Shown piece by piece: positions 1 through 7,683 of a stretch of 64,000 nucleotides of DNA. Position 1 is the first letter of the stretch, and every line of letters begins with the position of its first letter. A program made the position numbers and the translations under genes. The stretch covers positions 4,249-68,248 of the forward strand of contig JAWACZ010000003.1 of assembly GCA_038896555.1 (NCBI GenBank), written 5' to 3'. The notes under the pieces were generated by a model that searched no databases, was not told where the DNA came from, and saw only the letters and a program-made list of their open reading frames with translations. The DNA is from Candidatus Caldarchaeum sp. (GTDB lineage: Archaea; Thermoproteota; Nitrososphaeria_A; Caldarchaeales; Caldarchaeaceae).

Positions 1-416
1 CCGGGTCTCTGCTCAACCATTCCGAGAGAAGAATGAAACTCTCCGACTTGGCGTTGTCTGTGGCGAGGCTTCGGCAGAATGACATGCTATCCGTGGTCTG
101 TGCGGACGACGTTGCAGCCGCTGTTGCAGCAGCAATGATGAAGCCGGATGCGCTGGCTGTGGAGCCTCCGGAGCTAATAGGCACGGGAATGTCTGTGTCG
201 AAAGTTAAGCCTGAGGTTGTCTCCGAGGTTGTTGAGAGGGTTAAGTCTGTCAGCCCAAATGTGGTCGTGCTGTGCGGAGCGGGTGTTTCAACGGCGGATG
301 ATGTTAAAAGGGCTGTTATGCTCGGCGCGGAGGGATTGCTGCTTTCAAGCGCCTATGTTAAAAGCAGTAATCCAAAAAACCTTTTGAGAGAAATGTGCTC
401 GGCGTTAACACGTTAG
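1..416 (+). CDS. tpiA: Triosephosphate isomerase, archaeal type; 5' end lies outside the window
   Basis: The frame is open from base 3 (GSLLNHSERRMKL..., the archaeal TIM NHSERR motif). It continues through VEPPELIGTG and LCGAGV...LLLSSA to the stop at 414-416. The listed ORF start at 33 is an internal Met. Confidence 0.85.
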   Translation, partial: GSLLNHSERRMKLSDLALSVARLRQNDMLSVVCADDVAAAVAAAMMKPDALAVEPPELIGTGMSVSKVKPEVVSEVVERVKSVSPNVVVLCGAGVSTADDVKRAVMLGAEGLLLSSAYVKSSNPKNLLREMCSALTR

Positions 417-796
417 ACTATCTCATAAGCAATTCTTCTGCCCTCAGCGTCAAAGACATGTATGTCTCTCGAGTCTTTGTAAGGGGCTGTCAGTATTAAC
501 ATTATTTTTCCAGTGAAGTTATGAAGGTCTTCGATAGAAGGTTCTCCTACACCCGACGGATGAGAATGCGCTATCCCTACATAGGATAGGTCTATCGGCA
601 GAGCATATGGGTTGAAAGAAGAGAAGCCTTCGCCGTATGTCGATTGAGGAGGTAAATACACTTCCCTGACCCTTATGACTTTCTTCTCAACACTGCCATG
701 GAGAAGCGCTATAACCTCGTTGGGATGAACCTCCCTAGCCATGGCTAGGAGAAGGCCGGCGCACTGTTTTTCGATGACCACCTTCTTCGGAGGCAT
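413..796 (-). CDS. Stand-alone JAB1/MPN (JAMM) metalloprotease, 127 aa
   Basis: A complete JAMM motif is read directly: upstream Glu (NEVIALLHG), then H-S-H-PSGVGEP-S-IE-D (HxHx7Sx2D). Single-domain, minimal size. Confidence 0.85.
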   Translation of the reverse strand: MPPKKVVIEKQCAGLLLAMAREVHPNEVIALLHGSVEKKVIRVREVYLPPQSTYGEGFSSFNPYALPIDLSYVGIAHSHPSGVGEPSIEDLHNFTGKIMLILTAPYKDSRDIHVFDAEGRRIAYEIV

Positions 797-801
797 GCCG
801 G

Positions 802-1434
802 CTATTTCCTCGGCCTTCTAACACCTTCCACCGTGTATTCAACAGAGTCCCCTATGTAGGTGGCGTGGTCGGCTATTCTTTCCATGTATCGGAGAATAAG
901 CATAGTGGCCATATCGCATTTTTTCGACTCTGGCCTGGAGATGCTCCGCTCGACATGGTCTCTGTAAGCCTTGTCTATCAGGGAGTCAAGCTGTTCAAGC
1001 TTTTCCACCAAGTCAACCTTTTTCTCGATAAAGCTTTTGATGCTTATCTCCAACATCTCCTTCACAACCTGGCTAACTTCGGCAACATGGCTTTTCTCAC
1101 AGTTCTTCAACTCCCCGAACGTTGGTATAATCTGTGAGATGTCATATGCATAGCGGCCGAACCTTGAAAACCCGTAGGCAACCTCCATGGCGGAGCGTAG
1201 AAAACGTAGGTCGCTTGCAACAGGCTGGTATCGGGCTATTAGCTCTACGGCGAGGTCTGAAACCTCGTCCTGAAGCCATCGAAGCTTTTCCGAAAGCTGA
1301 AAAACTTCATCCTGCATGTTGACTTCTTTTATGAAGCTCTGGACAGCAAGCTCCACGGCTTTCATGCTCAGAGAAGCCATGTCGTTAAGCATGTGGACAA
1401 GCCTTTCAAGCCCAATGTCCATCAGACGCGGCAT
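802..1434 (-). CDS. phoU: Phosphate transport system regulator PhoU
   Basis: 210 aa, all-helical, with two PhoU repeats (..AVELAVQSF.., ..MERIADHATYIGD..). Last gene of the pst operon on the same strand. Confidence 0.9.
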   Translation of the reverse strand: MPRLMDIGLERLVHMLNDMASLSMKAVELAVQSFIKEVNMQDEVFQLSEKLRWLQDEVSDLAVELIARYQPVASDLRFLRSAMEVAYGFSRFGRYAYDISQIIPTFGELKNCEKSHVAEVSQVVKEMLEISIKSFIEKKVDLVEKLEQLDSLIDKAYRDHVERSISRPESKKCDMATMLILRYMERIADHATYIGDSVEYTVEGVRRPRK

Positions 1435-1440
1435 ACCCTC

Positions 1441-2259
1441 TCAACCCACCATTCCAGATATGTAGTCTTCGGTTCTCTTTTCACGCGGGTTTGTGAATAT
1501 CTCCTTCGTTGGCCCGAACTCTATCAGCCTTCCGACCATGTTTTCGTCGGGCATGAGGACGGCGGTGTAGTCTGAGACTCTTGCAGCCTGCAGCATGTTG
1601 TGGGTTACGATGATGATTGTGTAGCTGATTGAGATGTTGCGGAGGAGCTGCTCTATCTTTGCCGTGGAGATGGGGTCTAGGGAGACTGTCGGCTCGTCGA
1701 GCAGTATGACCTCCGGGTCTACCGCCAGCGCCCGGGCTATGCAGAGCCTTTGCTGCTGTCCTCCGGAAAGCGAGTAAGCCGGTGCGTCAAGCCTGTCGCT
1801 CACCTCATCCCATAACGCTGCCTTCTCCAAAGCATCTCTCACTTTATCCCTTAGCTCCTGCTTCGAAAGCTTGACACCGTTCACCCTCAGCCCGAAGGCT
1901 ACGTTGTCGAAGATAGATATGGGGAAGGGGTTGGGTCTTTGGAAAACCATGCCTATGACTGACCTTACGGCAACGGGGTCTATTCCTGGAGAGTATATGT
2001 CAACGCCTCTGTAAAGCACCTTTCCTTCCACGTGAGCGTCTGGGATGAGGTCGTTCATACGGTTTATGCATCTGAGAAGAGTTGACTTGCCGCATCCCGA
2101 AGGTCCTATTACAGCCGTGATTTTGTTTCGTTCAAACTTCAGGTTAATGTCTCCGATGGCGTGGCGTTTGCCGTACCTGACGGAGAGGTTTACTGTTTCA
2201 ACGACCACACGATCATCTTGAGTCATGACTGCTTCTTTTTCAGCCACCAACTCCTTCAA
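1441..2259 (-). CDS. pstB: Phosphate ABC transporter ATP-binding protein PstB
   Basis: Walker [10 protein letters not shown], signature [15 protein letters not shown], Walker [13 protein letters not shown]-loop IVTHN. Sits in a pst context. Confidence 0.95.
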   Translation of the reverse strand: MKELVAEKEAVMTQDDRVVVETVNLSVRYGKRHAIGDINLKFERNKITAVIGPSGCGKSTLLRCINRMNDLIPDAHVEGKVLYRGVDIYSPGIDPVAVRSVIGMVFQRPNPFPISIFDNVAFGLRVNGVKLSKQELRDKVRDALEKAALWDEVSDRLDAPAYSLSGGQQQRLCIARALAVDPEVILLDEPTVSLDPISTAKIEQLLRNISISYTIIIVTHNMLQAARVSDYTAVLMPDENMVGRLIEFGPTKEIFTNPREKRTEDYISGMVG

Positions 2260-2268
2260 CCAACCTAT

Positions 2269-3162
2269 TTATAACGTCACCCTCTTTTGATACCTGTAAC
2301 GTAAAACGATAGCCGTTGCGTTGAGGGCTAGAAGGAGAATCAGAAGAACTAATATGGCTGCTGAGGAGAGCTCTCTGAACGCCGCCTGAGGCCTGCTCAC
2401 CCAGTTAAAGATTTGAAGAGGCATGACGGTGAACTTGTCGAAGATGCTGGAAGGGTCTTGCCTGATGAACAACAACCCGCTTATCACGAGGATGGGTGCG
2501 GCCTCGCCTATCGCACGTGAGATGGCTAGGATGGCGCCCGTCATCATCATCGGAAGAGCGCGTGGCAGGATTATGTACCGGGTTACCTGAAGCTTCGTCG
2601 CCCCAAGGGCATAGGCTCCATACTTCAAAGCCTCAGGAACTGTTTTGACAGCCTCGGCGGCGGAAACCGTCACAAGCGGAAGGGTCATGACCGACAACGT
2701 GAAAGCACCAGCTATGATAGATCTTCCCCATCCAAGCCCGTATGTTAGGACGCTCAACCCCACCAGCCCGAAGACGACTGAGGGAACTCCGGCCAGGTTA
2801 GCTATATTGAACGCGAGAAAACGTCTAAGAAGCTTGTTCTCCGACCACTCTGTGAGATAAAGTGCAGCAGCTATGCCAAGTGGAACGCAGATTAAAGCTG
2901 AAAGGCCTACGGTCCACAGGCTTCCGAGAAAAGCAGACCTCATGCCGGCTTGGTTGGGGTCTGGAGACGGATATTCTGTGAGGAGGTTCCATGAGAGCCT
3001 GTGCCAGCCTGTTGAAACGACTGTCACGAGGAGTGAGGCGACAGTTGCCACGCCTAGGAAAACGCCCAGAGACAGAAAGGCTGGAGCCACGCTATCGAGA
3101 AGCTTCCTAAACCTGTCAACCCTTCTAAAGACAGCTTTTGTGTTCAATATCGTATCTGCCAC
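2269..3162 (-). CDS. pstA: Phosphate ABC transporter permease PstA
   Basis: Six predicted TM segments and an EAA-type loop (SRAIGEAAPILVISG). Overlaps pstC by 19 nt. Confidence 0.9.
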   Translation of the reverse strand: MADTILNTKAVFRRVDRFRKLLDSVAPAFLSLGVFLGVATVASLLVTVVSTGWHRLSWNLLTEYPSPDPNQAGMRSAFLGSLWTVGLSALICVPLGIAAALYLTEWSENKLLRRFLAFNIANLAGVPSVVFGLVGLSVLTYGLGWGRSIIAGAFTLSVMTLPLVTVSAAEAVKTVPEALKYGAYALGATKLQVTRYIILPRALPMMMTGAILAISRAIGEAAPILVISGLLFIRQDPSSIFDKFTVMPLQIFNWVSRPQAAFRELSSAAILVLLILLLALNATAIVLRYRYQKRVTL

Positions 3163-4064
3163 CTCCTGACCACAGCTATAGCCACAAGGTTGAAAGCCAT
3201 AGTGGTCACAAACAGTAAAAGACCTACCGCAAAAATGGACTGGTATTCAACTGTTCCGTGGGGAGCGTCTCCTGTGGCAACCTGGGCTATGAAAGCTGTC
3301 ATGGTTTCCATAGATTCACGTGGGTCGAAGCTGTAAATCACTCTGAACCCCCCGGCGATGGCAGCTATCATTGTCTCACCCATAGCCCGTGTGAAGGCGA
3401 GGATTATAGACGCGAATATCCCCGACAAAGCTGCGGGCAGGACTATTCGGAAAACCACGTCTATCTTCCTCGAGCCAAGGGCGTAGGCTGCGAGACGGAA
3501 GTCTTCGGGAACGGAGTATAACGCATCCTCGCTCAAAGAGGAGACTATGGGAATGATGAGGATACCTATCATTAACCCAACGGCCAGGGCGCTGTGTATG
3601 CCTATGCCGTGGATCAACGGCTTCAAAAGGTTGGGCGAAACAAAGTACAGGGCGAAGTATCCGTACACAACAGTAGGCACCCCCGCTAGGAGCTCTACTA
3701 TGTTTTTGACAGGTCTTCTCACAGACGGCGGTGCATACTCGCTCAAGTAAATCGCTATAGCAAGGCCTGCGGGAACGGCGACGAGCAAGGCGATGGCTGA
3801 GGTTAGGGCTGTCGCCGTCACGAGAGGCAGAACACCGAACTTTTTCTCAGCGAACAGTACTGTCCACTCGGTTCCCGTAAAGAACTCCGTAGGCGAGACA
3901 TGTCCAAAAAAGATGCTTGACTCGAGCAGCAGGGAGCCTACGATGATGACTATAGTGAGAAAAGCTATCGATGAAGCGAGTAAAAATATGGTGTTTACTA
4001 TTTTGGTGTTCCGCTGTCTCTTTCTCACACTCTGGAGTAATGAGGGGCTGAAAACCGTTGGCAT
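3144..4064 (-). CDS. pstC: Phosphate ABC transporter permease PstC
   Basis: Polytopic membrane protein with the permease loop TRAMGETMIAAIAGG. Lies between pstS and pstA. Confidence 0.9.
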   Translation of the reverse strand: MPTVFSPSLLQSVRKRQRNTKIVNTIFLLASSIAFLTIVIIVGSLLLESSIFFGHVSPTEFFTGTEWTVLFAEKKFGVLPLVTATALTSAIALLVAVPAGLAIAIYLSEYAPPSVRRPVKNIVELLAGVPTVVYGYFALYFVSPNLLKPLIHGIGIHSALAVGLMIGILIIPIVSSLSEDALYSVPEDFRLAAYALGSRKIDVVFRIVLPAALSGIFASIILAFTRAMGETMIAAIAGGFRVIYSFDPRESMETMTAFIAQVATGDAPHGTVEYQSIFAVGLLLFVTTMAFNLVAIAVVRRWQIRY

Positions 4065-4072
4065 CTTTTCTC

Positions 4073-5149
4073 CTAATGTGGGCCTGCATTCCTGTTTTTA
4101 AGGAATGTCAGCTCGTATAGCCCGTCGAACACGCTCGCCCTCAGCAGGATATAGGCTTTTGCGTAATAGTGGTCGGGCAGAGGTGTGTACGACACCTGTT
4201 TGGCCAAGCTTGCCCCGTTCTGCACGTAAAACAGCACAAACTCTCTCAGGTGCGGTTTTTGCTCCCATGCCTTCCTGCTAACGTAGATGAAGAGGGGGCG
4301 TGACAACGGATAGGTGAAGGTGCTTGCTGTCTCGTCGCTGGGTTCGACACACTGGCCGCCGGCCCTGTCATCCTTAACCAACAAGGGCCTTATCTTGTCC
4401 TTTGCTTCAGGGTAGTATGCGTAGCCGAAGTAACCAAGGGCGTACTTCTCCGCCTCAACCCCTGCAACGAGCACGTTATCATCCTCCGAAGCAACGTAGT
4501 CTGTTCTGCTTGCCTTAGTTTTGCCGACAACCCTTTCGGTGAAGTAGTCGAAGGTCCCTGAGTCAGGCCCAGGGCCGTAAAGCTTGATGGGTTGGGCCGG
4601 CCAGCTAGGTCTTATGTCTCTCCAAAGCCTAACGCTGCTGTTGGGCTCCCATATCTTCTTAAGCTCCGAGATGGTTATGCAGTCAACCCAGTTGTTTTCC
4701 CGGTTAACGACAACCACCAAAGCATCTATGGCCACGGGGATCTCAATCCACGCCACGCCGTTTTTTATAGCTGTTTCATGCTCAGCTTTTAGAATGGGTC
4801 GGGAAGCATCGTTTATGTCGGTCTCGCCAACGACGAAACGTTTGAAACCGCCGCCGGTCCCTGAGATTCCGACCGATATGGAGACCTTTGGATGTTTCTG
4901 CATGAATGCTGTTGCAGCCGCTTCAGTTATCGGATAAACGGTGCTGGAGCCGTCAACAACTATTTCACCCGACAATTCCGACATGGAATCTTGCGCTGCA
5001 ACCGTGGTCGTTAGAATGGTTGTCACAGTCTTTGTCTGTGATGATGTGGCTAGCAGAGGGCTTAGGAAAGCCCAAGCCGCCAGGCCGACAACCAGCGAAA
5101 GGATGGCGCTGACCACCAGCGTAGAAGATACGGCTTTACTTGGTTTCAT
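4073..5149 (-). CDS. pstS: Phosphate-binding protein PstS (membrane-anchored)
   Basis: N-terminal hydrophobic anchor, Thr-rich linker, then PBP-like GSSTVYPI...ISGTGGGFKRF motifs. First gene of the pst operon. Confidence 0.9.
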   Translation of the reverse strand: MKPSKAVSSTLVVSAILSLVVGLAAWAFLSPLLATSSQTKTVTTILTTTVAAQDSMSELSGEIVVDGSSTVYPITEAAATAFMQKHPKVSISVGISGTGGGFKRFVVGETDINDASRPILKAEHETAIKNGVAWIEIPVAIDALVVVVNRENNWVDCITISELKKIWEPNSSVRLWRDIRPSWPAQPIKLYGPGPDSGTFDYFTERVVGKTKASRTDYVASEDDNVLVAGVEAEKYALGYFGYAYYPEAKDKIRPLLVKDDRAGGQCVEPSDETASTFTYPLSRPLFIYVSRKAWEQKPHLREFVLFYVQNGASLAKQVSYTPLPDHYYAKAYILLRASVFDGLYELTFLKNRNAGPH

Positions 5150-5174
5150 GGCAACAAGCGGTCTTTTTCCGAGG

Positions 5175-5233
5175 ATATATAGATAAACCGCCGAAAATAT
5201 TTTGACACGTAAACTCTATATACATCTATATTC
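5175..5233. promoter_or_regulatory. Divergent pstS / abrB-phoU control region with three TCTATAT boxes
   Basis: ATCTATATAT on the minus strand (5175-5184) is centred about 31 nt upstream of the pstS ATG (5149). Tandem CTCTATATAC/ATCTATATTC (5214-5233) is centred about 27 nt upstream of the ATG at 5246. Confidence 0.45.
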
Positions 5234-5245
5234 CGATTAAACTTG

Positions 5246-6259
5246 ATGCAGGCATACACAAGGCGCATACAGCAGACTGGAAAATCCACGTTCATAGTTT
5301 CCCTGCCACGGGAGTGGGTGACAGTAAACAACCTAAAAAAATTTGACCGAGTGAAATTGATACCGCTGTCGAGCAAGCTGATAATCTCGGCCGACTCCGA
5401 TGAAAAGCTGTCACAAGCCGAGATAAACGCTGGAAAATCCGACACGCCGCCGGAGGTAGCTAGGCTTTTCTTCTCGAAGTATCTTGAAGGATACAGCAAA
5501 ATCCGCGTTTCTTTTCCAGAACACTCCCCGCAGACAATAGGCTTTTTGAAGGAGAGGATAAGACGGTGGCTTATCGGCGTGGAGATAATTGAGGAATCAT
5601 CCACTGAGATTTTAGCGCAGTGCCTGCCGATGCATGACAAACTACCCGTCAGGCTGTCCATAGAAAGAATGGGCAGCATAACAACCAACATGGTGGTTGA
5701 CGCTGTTGACTCAATCGTTGAGGTTAACAAATCTTTAGCCGAAGAGGTTGTCAACAGAGATGACGAGGTTGACAGGTTCTACCACTTCGTAACAAGACAG
5801 CTAAATGTAGCCGTCAAAGACTATTTTATCTTAAAATCTCTCCAGCTTGATGACCCCGCTGAATGTATAGCATACGTTTTGGTTGCGAAAAATATCGAAA
5901 GAGCAGCAGATCATGCTGTAAACATCTGCAAGAGAACCTTGATTATGAGGGATGACTTCGATGAATCTGAAAAAATACTAGGCATAAGCCAAGACGTTGT
6001 AGCTGTTTTCAAATCATCTCATGCGGCGCTTCTGGAGCTGAGTATGAAAAAAGCAAACGAGACTTTAACGCTGGCTGAGAGAGTTGCGGCGAAGATTGAA
6101 CAGCTTCAGAGCCAGCCATCTAGGAAAAGGGAAAAGCCCGAAAGCCATGCCACAATGCTGACTGTTTTAGGAAGCTTGAGAAGGATAGCTGAGTACGCTG
6201 AGGACATAGCGGAGGCGGCGATAAACATAGCAAGCAAAAACTTCAATGGCATTGCCTAG
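5246..6259 (+). CDS. Phosphate uptake regulator, SpoVT/AbrB domain fused to PhoU repeats
   Basis: N-terminal TGKSTFIVSLPREWV (AbrB swapped-hairpin type), followed by two PhoU-like repeats (NIERAADHAVNI, RRIAEYAEDIAE). The ORF track starts at TTG 5243; ATG 5246 is preferred. Confidence 0.85.
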   Translation: MQAYTRRIQQTGKSTFIVSLPREWVTVNNLKKFDRVKLIPLSSKLIISADSDEKLSQAEINAGKSDTPPEVARLFFSKYLEGYSKIRVSFPEHSPQTIGFLKERIRRWLIGVEIIEESSTEILAQCLPMHDKLPVRLSIERMGSITTNMVVDAVDSIVEVNKSLAEEVVNRDDEVDRFYHFVTRQLNVAVKDYFILKSLQLDDPAECIAYVLVAKNIERAADHAVNICKRTLIMRDDFDESEKILGISQDVVAVFKSSHAALLELSMKKANETLTLAERVAAKIEQLQSQPSRKREKPESHATMLTVLGSLRRIAEYAEDIAEAAINIASKNFNGIA

Positions 6260-6551
6260 CAAGCCGTTCTATTATGCTGGCAAGCTTCAGGTCGTAGGTG
6301 CTGATTCCGCCAAGGTCGTGGGTCGTGAGCCAAACCTCGACAACGTTGTAAACGTTGAACCATTCGGGATGATGTTGGAGCTTCTCAGCCTCAAGAGCAA
6401 CTTTCGCCATGAAACCAAAGCATTCCACAAAGTCGTTGAAAACAAACTTCTTGTACAGCTTACCGTCCTTTACAACCCAGCTTGAGCCCAGCTTCCTTAA
6501 CCTCTCTTCCAACTCCGTGTCGTTAAGCAGACGGTATTCCTCAGAAGCCAT
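6243..6551 (-). CDS. Pterin-4-alpha-carbinolamine dehydratase (PCD/DCoH family)
   Basis: 102 aa with the family motif HHPEWFNVYNVVEVWLTTHD. Confidence 0.85.
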   Translation of the reverse strand: MASEEYRLLNDTELEERLRKLGSSWVVKDGKLYKKFVFNDFVECFGFMAKVALEAEKLQHHPEWFNVYNVVEVWLTTHDLGGISTYDLKLASIIERLARQCH

Positions 6552-6597
6552 GGCTCGAGGTCATTCAGGCGTCAATAATATGTTTTCCAGCTACCAA

Positions 6598-7683
6598 TCA
6601 TCTCACCAACCCAGCGCGTAAAACATGGTCGGCCAGCACGATAGCCACAACAGCCTCGACCACCACAACCGCCCTCGGCACTACTGACGGGTCGTGCCTC
6701 CCGGGAACAACTATCTCAGTCTCCTCCATTTTCGCCAAGTCAACTGTTTTCTGGGGTCTGGATATTGAGGATGCTGGTTTGAACGCAACCCTCACCTGAA
6801 TAGGCATTCCTGTTGACAGCCCGCCCAGTATTCCGCCCGCGTTGTTGGTCAAAGTCTTGACAACGCCATCGGAGATTGTGAAAGCATCGTTGTTCTCAGA
6901 CCCCCTCAGCCTAGTGCTTTCAAAACCCCTGCCAAACTCCACACCCTTGACAGCTGGGATAGAAAAAAGAGCTCGGCTAAGGTCGGAGTCGAGAGAGCTG
7001 AAAACAGGCTCGCCAACCCCCGCCGGCACGTTCAAAGCTATGCATTCGACTACGCCGCCGACGCTGTCGCCGTTTCTCTTGTCTTTAAGAATTACTCTCC
7101 TCATCTCTTCGGCGGTTTCTGGGTCGGGGCATCTAACCTCGTTGCTGTACCTGTTAGCCCTTATCTCTTCAATTGAAACCGGCGGACATCTGACGCCGCC
7201 TATTTCAAGCGAGTAGGCAAGCACCTCTACACCCAAGGTTTTGTGGAGCAGTTTTTTCGCGACAGCCCCCGCCATAACGTAGCCGGCTGTGATCCTGCCG
7301 GAGAAACGGCCCCCTCCTCTCCAGTCGTTAAAACCGCGGTACTTGACTGTTGCGGGGTAGTCGGCGTGGCCCGGCCGAGGTGTGTTCAACAACTTCCTGT
7401 ATGGGCTTGAATCCACGTCCTTGTTCCAGACCAGCATAAGGATGGGCGCCCCTGTCGTGTATCCCTCGAACACGCCCGTGAGTATTTGAACTCTATCCTC
7501 TTCCGCTCTTAAGGTGGTTACGAGGGACTGGCCTGGCTTGCGTCGGTCTAGGTCTGCTTGGATGTCTTCCTCGGAGAGCTCGAGGCCGGGTGGGCATCCG
7601 TCCACTAAGGCTCCGACGCATTTGCCGTGACTCTCGCCAAAGCTGACGACAACAAATCTCTCACCTAATATGTTTCCGGTCAA
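6598..7683 (-). CDS. aroC: Chorismate synthase
   Basis: FGESHGKCVGALVDGCPPG at the N-terminus, RPGHADY, and PGRHDPSVVPRA near the C-terminus. Confidence 0.95.
   Translation of the reverse strand: MTGNILGERFVVVSFGESHGKCVGALVDGCPPGLELSEEDIQADLDRRKPGQSLVTTLRAEEDRVQILTGVFEGYTTGAPILMLVWNKDVDSSPYRKLLNTPRPGHADYPATVKYRGFNDWRGGGRFSGRITAGYVMAGAVAKKLLHKTLGVEVLAYSLEIGGVRCPPVSIEEIRANRYSNEVRCPDPETAEEMRRVILKDKRNGDSVGGVVECIALNVPAGVGEPVFSSLDSDLSRALFSIPAVKGVEFGRGFESTRLRGSENNDAFTISDGVVKTLTNNAGGILGGLSTGMPIQVRVAFKPASSISRPQKTVDLAKMEETEIVVPGRHDPSVVPRAVVVVEAVVAIVLADHVLRAGLVR

Noticed and set aside
5146-5754. 202-aa ORF antisense to the AbrB-PhoU regulator gene
   Set aside because: It overlaps a gene with clear domain motifs, is Ser/Cys-rich with no homology features, and would also run through the divergent promoter.
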